From Octopus bimaculoides (lineage: Eukaryota), in contig NC_068996.1 in assembly GCF_001194135.2 (NCBI RefSeq), forward strand, positions 27,237,161 to 27,301,160: a DNA stretch of 64,000 nt, read 5' to 3'. The notes below the pieces were generated by a model, which was not told where the DNA came from, ran no database searches, and saw nothing but the letters and a program-made list of their open reading frames with translations. A program made the translations under genes and the position numbers. Position 1 is the stretch's first letter, and each line of letters begins with the position of its first letter. Below are positions 52,656 to 64,000 of the stretch, piece after piece.

Positions 52656-52808
52656 TTTTGGAGGGTTAAATGGATATGTCTCAGGAATTTTAATTTCTAG
52701 TTGAAATTTACCACCTTCATAGGGCGTTTCTGGAGGCCCAGCTATTTCACCTTTTAATTCATCATATTTATCATTTACTAATTCCACTCTGATACGACAT
52801 TTTTCAAC
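52656..52808 (-). CDS. UBE2K: UBE2K coding exon (first present in window; probably exon 2), VEKCRIRVELVNDKYDELKGEIAGPPETPYEGGKFQLEIKIPETYPFNPPK
   Basis: Peptide matches the E2-25K/UbcD4 N-terminal UBC region (GEIAGPPxTPYEGG, YPFNPPK). Acceptor ctttgcag at 52809-52810, donor GTATG at 52655; 153 bp, phase 0/0. Confidence 0.96.
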
Positions 52809-52984
52809 CTGCAAAGAATAAAATGGATGTGATTAAATACAAATAATATACATTAAGAAACATTTTATACACACACACACACACAGATGAAAGAAAGTAG
52901 CACTCGGTAATGTTGTTGGAGTTGTTAGTATTTAATAACAAGTTAACTCCGCTACAGATATACATATCTTCAGATAGAGAATCA

Positions 52985-53185
52985 GAAACACCACCTTCTG
53001 TTGCTCAAGCTTTGTCCCCCAGAAATTGCTTCTATACTCACTAAACTCTTTAACTCTCTACAGGGATATATACTCCCTAACATTCAGAAATACACAGTAG
53101 TGCGTACCACTCCAAAAAAAGGCAACATTTTGACCTAGTCAAGTATTATCCTATTGCTCTTACCTCCAACATCTCTAAGATAATA
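52985..53185 (+). mobile_element. CR1/Jockey-group LINE reverse-transcriptase fragment
   Basis: Decayed LKLC.PEIASILTKLFN...PKKG...YYPIALTSNISKII, the conserved N-terminal RT region. Confidence 0.7.
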
Positions 53186-53368
53186 GATTCTTGTACTTGT
53201 TTGTCATTCCACTGTGGCCATGCTGGAGCACCATCTTAAAGGACTTATTCTTTGTAAGCCTAGTACTTATTCTATCAGTCTCTAAACACACCAACATCAG
53301 TTGTCAAGCGATAGTGGTGGGGACAAACATAGCCACACACACACATTAAATATATGCATATGTATATA

Positions 53369-54718
53369 TACTAGCTGGCTGATGTACCTGGTAATTCCCA
53401 GGAGTTAAGATGTTCAATTGAAACGCCTTATTACTCTGATATAAGAAACCAATTTCATTATAACTGCCACAAGGTGTATTTTCTGTTACGAAAAAATACA
53501 AAAAACTGTCAGCTGGAGGATGGAGAGGTTGTTGGAGGTTGGCGGGAGAGGTTGTTGGAGGTTGGCAGGAGAGGTTTTCGGAGGTTGGCGAGAAAGATTG
53601 TCGGAGGTTGGTAAGAGAGGTTGTATAAATATATGAATGAAGTATTTGAAGAAAGTGCAATACTCACTGATGGTCACTCTCAGTAACTGCCTTTAGCTTA
53701 CAGAGTTCTTGTTTTTATAACTATCGAAAAGCAGCCAGAAAGATAGACATTGTTGAGAACAAATGATTTTGTTGGAGATCTGTTATCTCCATTCCAGCCC
53801 CTGGTGCCCTGGAAGAGGTTAGAAGGGTCAAGTGGCAAAGATATTATTCTGTTTAGTGAAGGCATCTGGGAAATGTATAACTGCTGTCATTCACAGAAAA
53901 ACTATTGTTTTACTGTGAGAAAAACACTGTTGAAGTGGTAAGTGAAATTTGTCGATTGAGGAGGATTGAATCCACATTATGTTTGCATGAAGCCACTACA
54001 AATACGTTGTGGAATAAAACATTTATCTACTGTCATGAAAAAAGTGGAATGGTAAAAATGCAGAATTATCAGAGTATTGGGCATTCAAAAAAGTATGTAT
54101 GTATAGAAATGTATGAAGTCTTTAAGGTTTAAGATTCAAATAAACGAAGTGCAATAATAATGTTTAGCAGTTCAAAACTGTGAGTAGTGAAATGCAGAAT
54201 TAGGTCAGCTGATCATGAGAATCAATTATTGATCACTTTGCTAAGAACTGCAGGTGGTATGGGTTATTTCCATTGGGTTGCTTAAATCAAATATTAGTAA
54301 TATGTAGTAGATAGAAGGATCCATTGAGGAGCCCTATTATCGATTTTTTTTCAATAATCTAAGTATGTCACAAGGTTTCCAGATATGAGTTCTACTCATG
54401 TGTCAAATTATTGTCTGATATTGTCTGCAAAAATTAGAAATTGGACACACAAAAAAATATTCAAAGTAATCAAACATAAACAATGAAATGGATTATTTCC
54501 CTTGGGTGTTTAAAAACATTAGTTACATGAGGTAGATATAAAGGTCTCTTCCAGGGGCTGTATTATCAATTTTTTCAACTATTTAAGTATGTCACGAGGT
54601 TTCCAGATATGATTTCTACTCACATGTCAAGTTTCATCAAAATCAATAAAATGATGTAGGAGGAGTTAGCTAACAACGCCACAAACACACACAGATTTTC
54701 CACATATGTAGTAGAGAT
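53369..54718 (+). mobile_element. Helitron/Helentron-type non-autonomous element (HINE-like)
   Basis: Starts TACTAGC with nearby CCTGG..CCAGG inverted motif; 3' end AAGTTTCATCAAAATC...GGAGGAGTTAG...ACAAACACACACAGA...AGTAGAGAT resembles HINE/Lep1-type ends (recalled); internal about 80-bp duplication (54335/54560). Confidence 0.5.
53523..53624 (+). repeat. 23-bp tandem repeat (GAGAGGTTGTTGGAGGTTGGCRG) x about 4.4
   Basis: Units start at 53523, 53546, 53569, 53592, 53615. Confidence 0.9.
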
Positions 54719-56197
54719 ATTACTCTTCCCAACTTTCTACTCACACTTCTTTGGCAATGTCCTGCCACTTATTGTTATGAGCTCTGCACATCAAGGGTAT
54801 GCCCAGGCACTTGCCACCATCTATCTCTTCTTTCACTCAACCATCCCATTTATATTCTGATCCCCCATCTCTTTTGAGTATGCCCAGCACTTAGCCACCA
54901 TCTCCTTCCTGTTCTCTCTTGCACTCTTGATGTCTTCCACTCTCTCTCTCTCCTTCTCTTAGGCTAGGTAACCATGTATCTCCTACAGCAGCACACCTGC
55001 TTCTGTCCTCATTCCTAATCTTTCTCTTTCTGGTTCGGTCACCATGTACTTCTACTACAGCAAAACACCTGTTTCTGTCTGTCACACTCTAACCTTCATT
55101 ACCTGGAACAAGGCTACCTCTTTTGATGCCCCATCTCCTCTGAAAGGATCTTTGACCCTACCAGTGCTGAAGCCATGTAAAAAGCATCCAGTCCACATTG
55201 TAAAGTGGTTGGCATTTGAAAGGGCATCCAGTTGTAAAAACCTTGCAAAAACTGACTTCACCTGCACTTGTGCCATGTAAAAAGCACCCAGCCCACTGTT
55301 GGGTGGTCGGTGTTAGCAAGGGCATCCAGCCATAAAACAGACACAGAAGTCTGGTGCAGACTCTTGTCAAACTGTCCAACCCATGCCAACATGGAAGGCA
55401 GATGTTAAATGGTGATGATGATGACTATATACACACACACACACACAAGCTTGTTTCAGTTTCCATCTATCAAATCCACTCACAAGGCTTTGGTTAGCCC
55501 AAGGCTATAGTAGAAGATACTTGCCCAATGTGCCACACAGTGGGACTGAACCTGGAACCATATGGTTGAGAAGCAAGCTTCTTAACACAGTCATGCCTGA
55601 ACCTATTGTATATATTTTTCAGTAATCTTTGCTGTTATTATGCACACAAACATCCTGGTCTGCATCCAAAGAGGAGCCACGGCCCACAAGCATAATGTCT
55701 GCTGTCTTTTCTATAATTATTGTAATAGCCTCTCTTTCTTGGAGCAGGTAAGTCTCATATCTCCATCATTCTAGCATTCCCCAACCAGTCATATTTCTAG
55801 ATGTTATTTTTGATGTGCCCAAACCATATGTCCAGTCCTTTCTTCCCAAAACATTAGCATCAAGCTCACCAGTCTTGGAGGCCTTCAAAGGTTATGGGCA
55901 ATGCTCCATCTTCAAGGTTCAACAAAAGTGTGTGTGTTCACACACACACAGAGAGGAGGATGGTATATAAGGTTTCATCAACTGATGTTATGTAATAGGT
56001 ATGCATTCACTTTTTCATCTCTGATGACAAAATACCTAGTTTATGGAACTCTTACTCAACATCATGATCCATATGTTTGGCTATTCTAGAAACAGCTCTA
56101 AATTAAATGTTTGTGAGTAACACCAAATATTTTCTGGAGCGTTAAACTAATACATCTGTTTGTTGTTTACATACCCATCTTTGTCTTTTGTAAATTC

Positions 56198-56242
<45 letters not shown>

Positions 56243-58658
56243 TATCTTGCTTCAATGACAGGTAAGACTTAGCAAAAGGAAAGGCATCCAGCAATAAAAC
56301 AATGCACAATGCCTCATGTCAGTCCTGTACAAGTTGGGACTTCCAACCAAGTAACCCTAAAATTAAACAGGTTGGCAGTGCCTAAGCTAAACAGGACAAA
56401 AAAAAAATTGCACAGACCAAAACAGGGTCACCAGCAAAGTGTAACACATAAATGTACAACAGTCTTCTGTTAATTATCTGAGTAAAAGTAACTAGGCAAG
56501 AGAGAGTAAGACAGATATCCAATTTTAGTAGGCTGATATGGATTGTTGCCTACGCTCATGAGAATCAGAACAAAGCAAGAGTATCACAACCACAGTAAAC
56601 ATGACAATTCCTGAGGCAGCAATGCATAACAGACACCTTGGAGCCTTATACTAGGTAACAGCTTTTGAAGGGAAACAGAACATCATTTATGCTAAATTAG
56701 TTAAAATTAAGTGTGTTGGTGGCAGCCTTTACCACAAAGCACAAAAATGCATATGCAGATTACTAGCAAGAATTAGTTTTAAGTAAACCAACAGCAATTA
56801 AGCAGTAATACATACACACTCACACAACATAGGCTACTGTCAATGTTGTGTTTGAGTAAAAGTGACTGGTTTTAGTCGGCTACTGCAGATCTTTACTTTG
56901 CTTCAAGATAGTCTAGATACATCTAGAGTGTGACGCTTACCATACATTTCAGAAGTTAAATGTGTGTGTGTATGTATACTCTTTTATTTATTTCAAACAT
57001 CAGACTGTGGCTATGCTGGACCACAGCCTTGAAGAATCTTTAGTCAAATCGACCCCAGTAATTAATTTTTTTTTGAAGCTTGGTACTTATTCTATCATTT
57101 TCTTTTGCTGAACTGCTAAGTTACAGGGACATGTATATGTATGTACATACAAATGTATGCATGTTTGTATGATTAAGAAGTTTCTTTGCCAAGCACATGG
57201 TTTCAATTTCAGCTCCATGTGGTACCTTGGGCAATTGTCTTCACCTATAGCCCCAGGCTGACCAAAGCCTTTTTACATCAAATAGTGTGATCCTCTGACT
57301 GCATTCCTGACCAACACAAAAACACTCCAACTTTAAATATCTTGAGTGTGTTGAGTATCTTTCACCTTCAAACTCAATCAAACCATCATTGTCTCTATTA
57401 CTGGGTTATTTGACCACTACTTTACTGTGACTACACACCAGCAACAACACCATCTCCCAGGTACTATGCTTCAAGTTAGCACACTTGTTGAAGCCTTGCT
57501 AGTTCTATGCCAACTATCAATGACAGCACAAGTTCTTTACTCCTCACTAACCAGAACTGTTAGGCAAGTAACTGAAACCAGCTACTTAGACATGTATCTC
57601 TACATTTACACACAACACCATAACTAACAGTCATTATCTCATTAGAACACATTAATCATAGCCATGTTGCAGCAGTCTAAGCACAAAAAAAAAAAAAAAA
57701 AAAAAAAAAAAACATGACCCAGTGTTTGGAGAAAAATCTCCTAATCCTGCAAATTTTCAGTACTGAAAAACCATCAACCAAACAACAAAAGAGGCCCCTG
57801 TGCATCACATGACCAGTAAGTTGATGTGCCTCCTAAAAGACAGTCAATCCAAAAGAGATAAGCTACAAATTCATCTCAGGTATTTACATCATGATAAATA
57901 CAGTGCCAAGTAATTTCATTACAAAGTAATTTTACTGTGAACCAATACACCATCTAAATTCACCATCATGCTAATCATACCATTGGCAAATATGTCATGT
58001 TTGTTATGTGCAGAGTTCAGAAAAAGAAAATTCAAAGAAAGATAAACAAACTCCATCCTGTGATCAGTATATATTGCATGAACTTTTAACATTGCAACAA
58101 AAAAATGAAAAAATAAAAAAAATAAAACAATCTAAAGATAAAAGAGTGGGAATTGAACACATCATCAATAAATATCAAAATCACAAGTTACTAGATTATT
58201 TAAGAGGCATCACTTGTAATTTGTCCTTACGAAATATCTTTTCAGCGATTTAAAATAGCATTATAGTTTAAACAGTATCATTTTGTGATAGTGTTTTTAA
58301 AAATAACCAATTTGTTTTCCATGTATGTATGTATGTATGTTCTCTTTCTCTTTTTAATTTTAGAATAAATTTTGACTGGTCACCTATATGGTAGTAAGGT
58401 TGTGAAGGAAAGCACCTTGTTTTGTTCATCTTCCTTTAGATTTTAAGGTCTTACAGATTTTTATTGTCCCAAATATTGTGATCATTTGTTGCATATATTC
58501 TCCCCAAGAACCCAAGTTCAGCTATACTTTGTTCCAGACAGTTGGTACATATCCTGTAGCTTCCAATAGCAAACTCCTTATCAATGGACTCTGCTTATTT
58601 TTTCCTGTATTTGTATATACATATACACACACATGTATATGGCATATATACACTAATA

Positions 58659-59040
58659 GGCGTAGGAGTGGCTGTGTGGTAAGTAGCTTGCTTACCAACC
58701 ACATGGTTCTGGGTTCAGTCCCACGGGGTGGCAGCTTGGGCAAGTGTCTTCTACTATAGCCTCGGGCTGACCAAAGCCTTGTGAGTGGATTTGGTAGACG
58801 GAAACTGAAAAAAGCCCGTCGTATATATGTGTGTGTGTGTGTTTGTGTGCCTGTCCCTCCAACATCACTTGACAACCGAAGCTGGTGTGTTTACGTCCCT
58901 GTAACTTAGCAGTTCGGCAAAAGAGACAGAATAAATACCAGGCTTACAAAGAATAAGTCTTGGAATCAATTTGCGCGACTAAAGGCCGTACTCCAGCATG
59001 GCCACAGTCAAATGACTGAAACAAGTAAAAGAGAGAGAGA
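58659..59040 (+). mobile_element. Full-length CORE-type tRNA-derived SINE (best-preserved copy of the dominant family)
   Basis: Pol III A box TGGCTGTGTGG, B box GGTTCAGTCCC, CORE-like CTTGGGCAAGTGTCTT, internal TA/TG microsatellite, GAAACAAGTAAAAGA tail. Further copies or fragments near 1430, 8585, 13230, 13690, 30970, 34870, 36430, 49010, 53190, 55430, 56970, 59656. Confidence 0.85.
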
Positions 59041-59279
59041 GTAATAAAATGTAACATAATAATTACATGAATGAATGACAAGCACATACATCTTAGACAG
59101 CATCTAGAAGAGGGTCACCCACTTGATTGGAATAATTTAGTCTCTAGCCCAGAGGCAAGCAGTCTCTTCTCTCTACCTTTTCTACTGCTACTATAATGGT
59201 CTCTGCTCTTTGGATCAGGTTAGGCTTATGCCACCTCCACTCAAGCATCCCAATTCTACTCTTTTAATCATCATTATTA

Positions 59280-59430
59280 TATCCAACACCCCTAGGCCCC
59301 ACACTAATCACGAAACCCAGTCATTTCTCAGAAGACCAGCTCTCTGGAAATTGTTGCTTGTGCATATTCTCCTCATAGGTGTTGACCGACAAAGGTTCAA
59401 AAGGGACATTAACACCATCAGTCTCACTAA
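59280..59430 (+). mobile_element. CR1/Jockey-group LINE ORF2 C-terminal fragment
   Basis: PRPHTNHETQSFLRRPALWKLL...DRQRFKRDIN resembles the SF.PR...LWN.LP...FK..IN tail. Confidence 0.6.
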
Positions 59431-59899
59431 TCTAAGAGAGCCTGAAGAAGTCGCAGACAATGTTTTCTACCTTAGACTTGGATTGACTAATGCTCTAGCA
59501 CAGCAGTTCCTAAACTTATTTTGTGGAAGCTTTTTACAATTTCCCCCAAATTACAGATTCCATATTCATATTTTAGAGACATCCTCTTCCACCCTAATCT
59601 TAATAAGATATTAAATGAAATAAAAACTGTTCTGGATAGAAAATTTATTCATATAGGCGTAGGCATAGCTGTATGGCAAAGAAGTTCGCTTCTCAACCAA
59701 GTAGTTTGGGTTTCAGTCCCATTCTGTGTCTTCTGTTGAGTAAAGAATTGTCAGTAAATATGGTAGACGAAAACTAAAAGAACTTCAACGTGTGTGCGCC
59801 TCATTGACCTGACTTTGTAAGATAGTTGTGAACGAATATCATCGTCATACAGGTGGTGTAATTCGTTTCCAACCTTCCATGTAATCGTAACTTGCGACT

Positions 59900-61202
59900 T
59901 GCAATGGAGAAATAGCATCTTACTTAGAAACAAGTGCATGTTGGAAAGAGGAAAAGAATGTCTGTAGAAAATCTGTCTCAACGAATTTCGTCTGACTCAT
60001 ACAAGCGTGAAAAAGTGAACTTGTTTTATAAAGCTTTATTAAATTTTATAAAGACATCTAATCTCGAGGAAATCCAGCCCTGACACTCTTTCGATTGTGT
60101 ATGTTACTGAAACCGGAAATACAAAGTTAGAAATAGTAAATCGTTGTGAATAGCAATCAGACGCACTGTTCCCAACTTATTTACAAGAATTTTCCAGGAA
60201 CAGAAGCTATAACAAGACATTTGTTATTTTTGATTCTACAAATCAAATACTTTTGCTTTCATATTTTAGCCCCCATCCCACCCAAATTAAATGATTTTGT
60301 TTTAATATTTCATTGATAAATTATTCGGACACTTATTTTCATTTCAAAATCGATTATTCAGACTTCGAAATTATACAGATAATTCGGGTAACGTTCGTTC
60401 ACTTTCTTCGATTTACGGAGATTTAAGACTTTCACTTCCGGTTTTAATGTGTGCTCATAAATCGAATTTCTCAGAATTTTTCCACGAAAAGCTCTGAGAA
60501 ACCCTGTCCAAAGGGAATTTCATGCGTGCATATTTGTAATCTTGTTGAATCCGTTCGTTTTCAAAAACGCGCCACGACATCCGTGAAAAACGGAAACGAC
60601 ATAACGTTAAACAAAATTCATCTAAGGGAAATAAATTAACACGTTACAAAAATAAATAAAAAAAAGTATCAAGTCCGTTCTATGTAAAAGCCGGCGTTGT
60701 TACAAAATGCAAAGCCGGTGTTGCATCAAAAAGTGTAACTTAGCAATTCAACAAATGCTGGTCAAAGAATTAAGTATCGGGGTTGCTATCATAGGCTAAA
60801 ACTTGCAAGGTGGAACAGCAATATGTCCGCATTCCATGACTAGAACCAATAAAAGAATTAAATATACATTACACCTTATGTATACATACACTTACACACA
60901 CACACACACACTTCCTATTGAAGAATATTGACCATTATTACATAATATGCCGAAATAATATATTGCAATACACACATGTGAGTGTGTACAGCTTCTACAC
61001 TATATAGCTTGATCTGTTAGAAACAGTAACTCAATTTCCCTCGAATAATACTATACCGTTTGAAATACACGCGATATTGTATAATATCACTTGCTATACA
61101 AATACATCTCCGTAATAATGAAATTTGATATTAAAAATCGCTGGTCTGTCAAAGCCGGAACGTCTTGCATAATAGACCTACTGACTAAATACACACACAC
61201 AG

Positions 61203-61272
<70 letters not shown>

Positions 61273-61672
61273 CGTGTGCAAGATTCTTGATGTGGATACG
61301 TGTGTTGAAAGAAATACAATTAAACCTCTCCCAAGGTTTAATTGTATAGAGAGAGAGAAAGGGAGAGAGAGAGAGAGGGAGAGAGAGAGAAAGGGAGAGA
61401 GAAAGAGAGAGAGAGAGATTATATATTATATATACACACATACCACAAACCATATTTGTAGTAATACAATGCGATTGCTACATTTTGTTCCTAAAAATTA
61501 CTAATAACATTTCAACCTCTTTTTTTAAACACATGTAGAATGCTACACCCCACCCCTGATTATGCAATAAATGTTTCACAATATATGCGAATAATTACTG
61601 TAGCTATATATATATACCGCGCCCAGATACGCAAATACATATTACACAAACAGTTTATAGAAGGGGTTATAA

Positions 61673-61728
<56 letters not shown>

Positions 61729-63300
61729 GTAGTTCTCGGGGGAACATGAATATCTTTTAAGATTTTGGTGGCAATGTCAAAATAACCAGTGTTGCTTTTT
61801 ATTAGCTTCTAGTTAATATTTTATTTACTATACAAATCTATATATAAACACACATAAATTTATCATTGTCACTAAGTATAAAATATAATCACGAGATTTG
61901 CAAGTCAGCTTAAGGATGTAGCTAAGTGTACGAATAAAATAAAACATTTCTTTACATATAAGTGTAAAAAAATAAAACGATCAACAAATGCATTAGTTAA
62001 TCGAAAATAAATCTGAAATAAACATCAGTAAAACAAAAGAACCCACATAATTCAAGTAGGTGATGTTTTAACAGATTTGGATTTAAAAGCGGGAAAAAAC
62101 CCCTTAAAGTGTATTTTTAAATGTCGGATCATGTACTGATGTAAGATGCTTTCTGTTGCATTTCTAACCGTAAAAAGGGAATCGATTAAGGATAGGGACA
62201 ATAGAGGAAGTGACGGAAAGGAACTCAGACAATTACCAAGAGGTAAAAAGCCCCACCAAAATACGGACACACCCCAAAGTAGTTGACAAAAGGCAAACAA
62301 AAACCGCATTATAATCTCATAATTAAAAAAGGTTGGGGCGGGGGGCTTAAAAGTAAAAGCGGCCTTACATACAGACGTATAAAACGTGTAAATTTTGTAG
62401 GTTTTTTTTTTTTTTGCAAGAAAAGACATGATGGGAGGAGGAAAAAAATGAAAAGACGGTTATAAGATGTCACAAGTGTCTGAACAACGAATCAATGAGT
62501 CAGGAATTACGCTAACTTCATATCAGTTATGTCACTGCAGTTTTCAGCTGTTGCATGAATATAGTTCTATAATTAATGAAGGTGTCCGAAAATAGCGTTC
62601 GTGCGTGCGTATGTATGTGTGGTATCGTATTGCGGTTATACTGATAGAAACATTCATAGCGAGAAAATTTGTAACATCCGTTAGAAGCCTAGTAAAATAA
62701 GAGCATGACTACCATTATTAGTTCTGAAATATAAATTCAACTAAGTGAATTGAGTTTGTAACCTAACAATTGTTTCAAACAAATGCGAGTCCAGAAACGA
62801 AACATCAAAACACTAAGAAATTAATTCAGTATCGTAATGAGACAAAAAGCGGAGATATTTTTTAAAGAGTAAAGCATTTTATAGTCAAATATTCACATAA
62901 GGCCTTCTAAACCATACAAATTGTATAATTGGGGGCATGATCGCTTAAAATACATTTACTACACAATCAAAACAATTATTCATTTTTTTAAATTCGAAGA
63001 CTCATTAGCTGGGGTGGGGTGGTCTAAAAGATTCGACGAAATAAATTTTCAAAACATCGTAACAATAAGAAAATGATAAAAAATTTCATTTCGACAACTT
63101 CTAAAAGTCTAGATTAACGATGAAAACCGATGATTGTTGAAATCGAGTACTTCAAGACTACATTTACATACTTCCTAACATATTGCTCTTTCTCTCATAC
63201 ATATATAAATACATATACATAATGTACGTATTCATTTATATCTATAAATCTACACACACACACCTAGTCCATCCGAGGTGCGGAAAATATCTGACAAAAT
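59900..63300. promoter_or_regulatory. CpG-retaining, promoter/enhancer-like island
   Basis: Hand count: 39 CpG in 62041-63300 versus 5 in an equal length of intron (32161-33420). ETS-type CACTTCCGG 60433-60441 and CCGGAAAT 60113-60120, GGAAGTGACG 62206-62215, GC box 62335-62345, TGAGTCA 62496-62502. Confidence 0.55.
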
Positions 63301-63589
63301 AGGTTTTAAATTAATCATTTGTATAATCAACCAGGCAATACAGGGAGTGTATCACACCAAATGACGGGTAGCAATATAATCACTAGCTGATATCTCTGCA
63401 GTTGCTTCTTCTAGAGCATCTAACTGATGGATCAAACTATGAAGTACAACTGATTAAGGAGACATCCACTCAGGTGAGATGTGGTTCAGATTTGTCCCAA
63501 GTCAGAGTACCACTGATGTTTCTCTTCACAGAGAGACAATTAATTGCAATTAATTGTTGTGGTAGCAGACCACGAAACATGGTTGAAAT

Positions 63590-63830
63590 TCCTCAAGAAT
63601 AGTTCCTGGACATTAGTAAGTCTCTCTACCGAGTATTTGTTGATCTAGAGAAGGGCTTTGACAGAATATAATGATCTGTTGGTCACTAAAAAACTAGTTT
63701 AAGTTGAAGCCATGTAACAGACGCAATCAGCAAGGTGAGAGTTAATAATGAATTCACTGAGGAATTTAGCATACAGCAGGCTCAGTTCTTAGCTCCCTTC
63801 AACTTTATATAGGCCTGTAGGCCTTAACAG
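63590..63830 (+). mobile_element. RTE-clade LINE RT fragment
   Basis: FLDISKSLYRVFVDLEKGFDRI (FVDLEKAFDRV motif) and SKVRVNNEFTEEF. Confidence 0.75.
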
Positions 63831-64000
63831 AAGTGTTTGGGTTGATGCTTATAGCAGAGGCTGTGAAAGATTTAGAGAAAAAATTCCAGACATGAAAGCA
63901 AAGTTTAGAATCAAGAAGCCCCAGAGAAGACTAAGGTTTTAGTAAAAAAGAAGACAAGGCTGATATGATCAGGGAAATAACCATGTTCAATATGTGGAAA

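Noticed and set aside
57536-57600. Minus-strand VLVSEE as the end of UBE2K exon 1
   Set aside because: In-frame stops immediately upstream and downstream, and the GT is out of phase; lies in a decayed LINE-like fragment.
58659-58725. tRNA gene
   Set aside because: A and B boxes belong to a SINE head; no cloverleaf or anticodon arm.
60455-60580. Minus-strand ORF MSWRVFENERIQQDYKY... as UBE2K exon 1
   Set aside because: Only superficial similarity to QRIKREFKE, and no suitable phase-0 donor after an SEE-like end.
62283-62465. Plus-strand ORF containing RRIKR
   Set aside because: Wrong strand for UBE2K, low-complexity, no further similarity.

Overview
AT-rich, repeat-dense eukaryotic DNA with several N gaps. 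The repeat types (CORE- and Nin-type tRNA SINEs, RTE tails, Penelope-like elements, TTAA MITEs, abundant TA/CA microsatellites) suggest a coleoid cephalopod, probably Octopus; this is inference. The one securely identified gene is the ubiquitin-conjugating enzyme UBE2K (E2-25K/HIP2) on the minus strand. Five coding exons between 52808 and 28136 splice in frame with GT-AG sites to give 178 aa (UBC domain with HPN motif and catalytic Cys, plus C-terminal UBA). The expected first exon (about 21 aa) was not found and probably lies beyond 64000. A short plus-strand terminal exon (AGFYETDL*) of an unidentified convergent gene may lie at 2019-2045. Nearly all ORFs in the supplied track come from microsatellites, gaps or transposon decay. 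The most unusual items are: (1) a 1.9-kb non-autonomous Ty3/gypsy (CsRn1-like) LTR element carrying four tRNA-Trp primer-binding sites, one extended into a near-complete copy of the 3' half of tRNA-Trp; (2) several minimal hammerhead-ribozyme motifs in Penelope-type repeats, one nearly intact inside a UBE2K intron, with a CCGA (U4C) core shared by two unrelated copies; (3) candidate spliced exons downstream of the UBE2K stop; (4) long fold-back elements; (5) a CpG-retaining, promoter-like island at about 59.9-63.3 kb.
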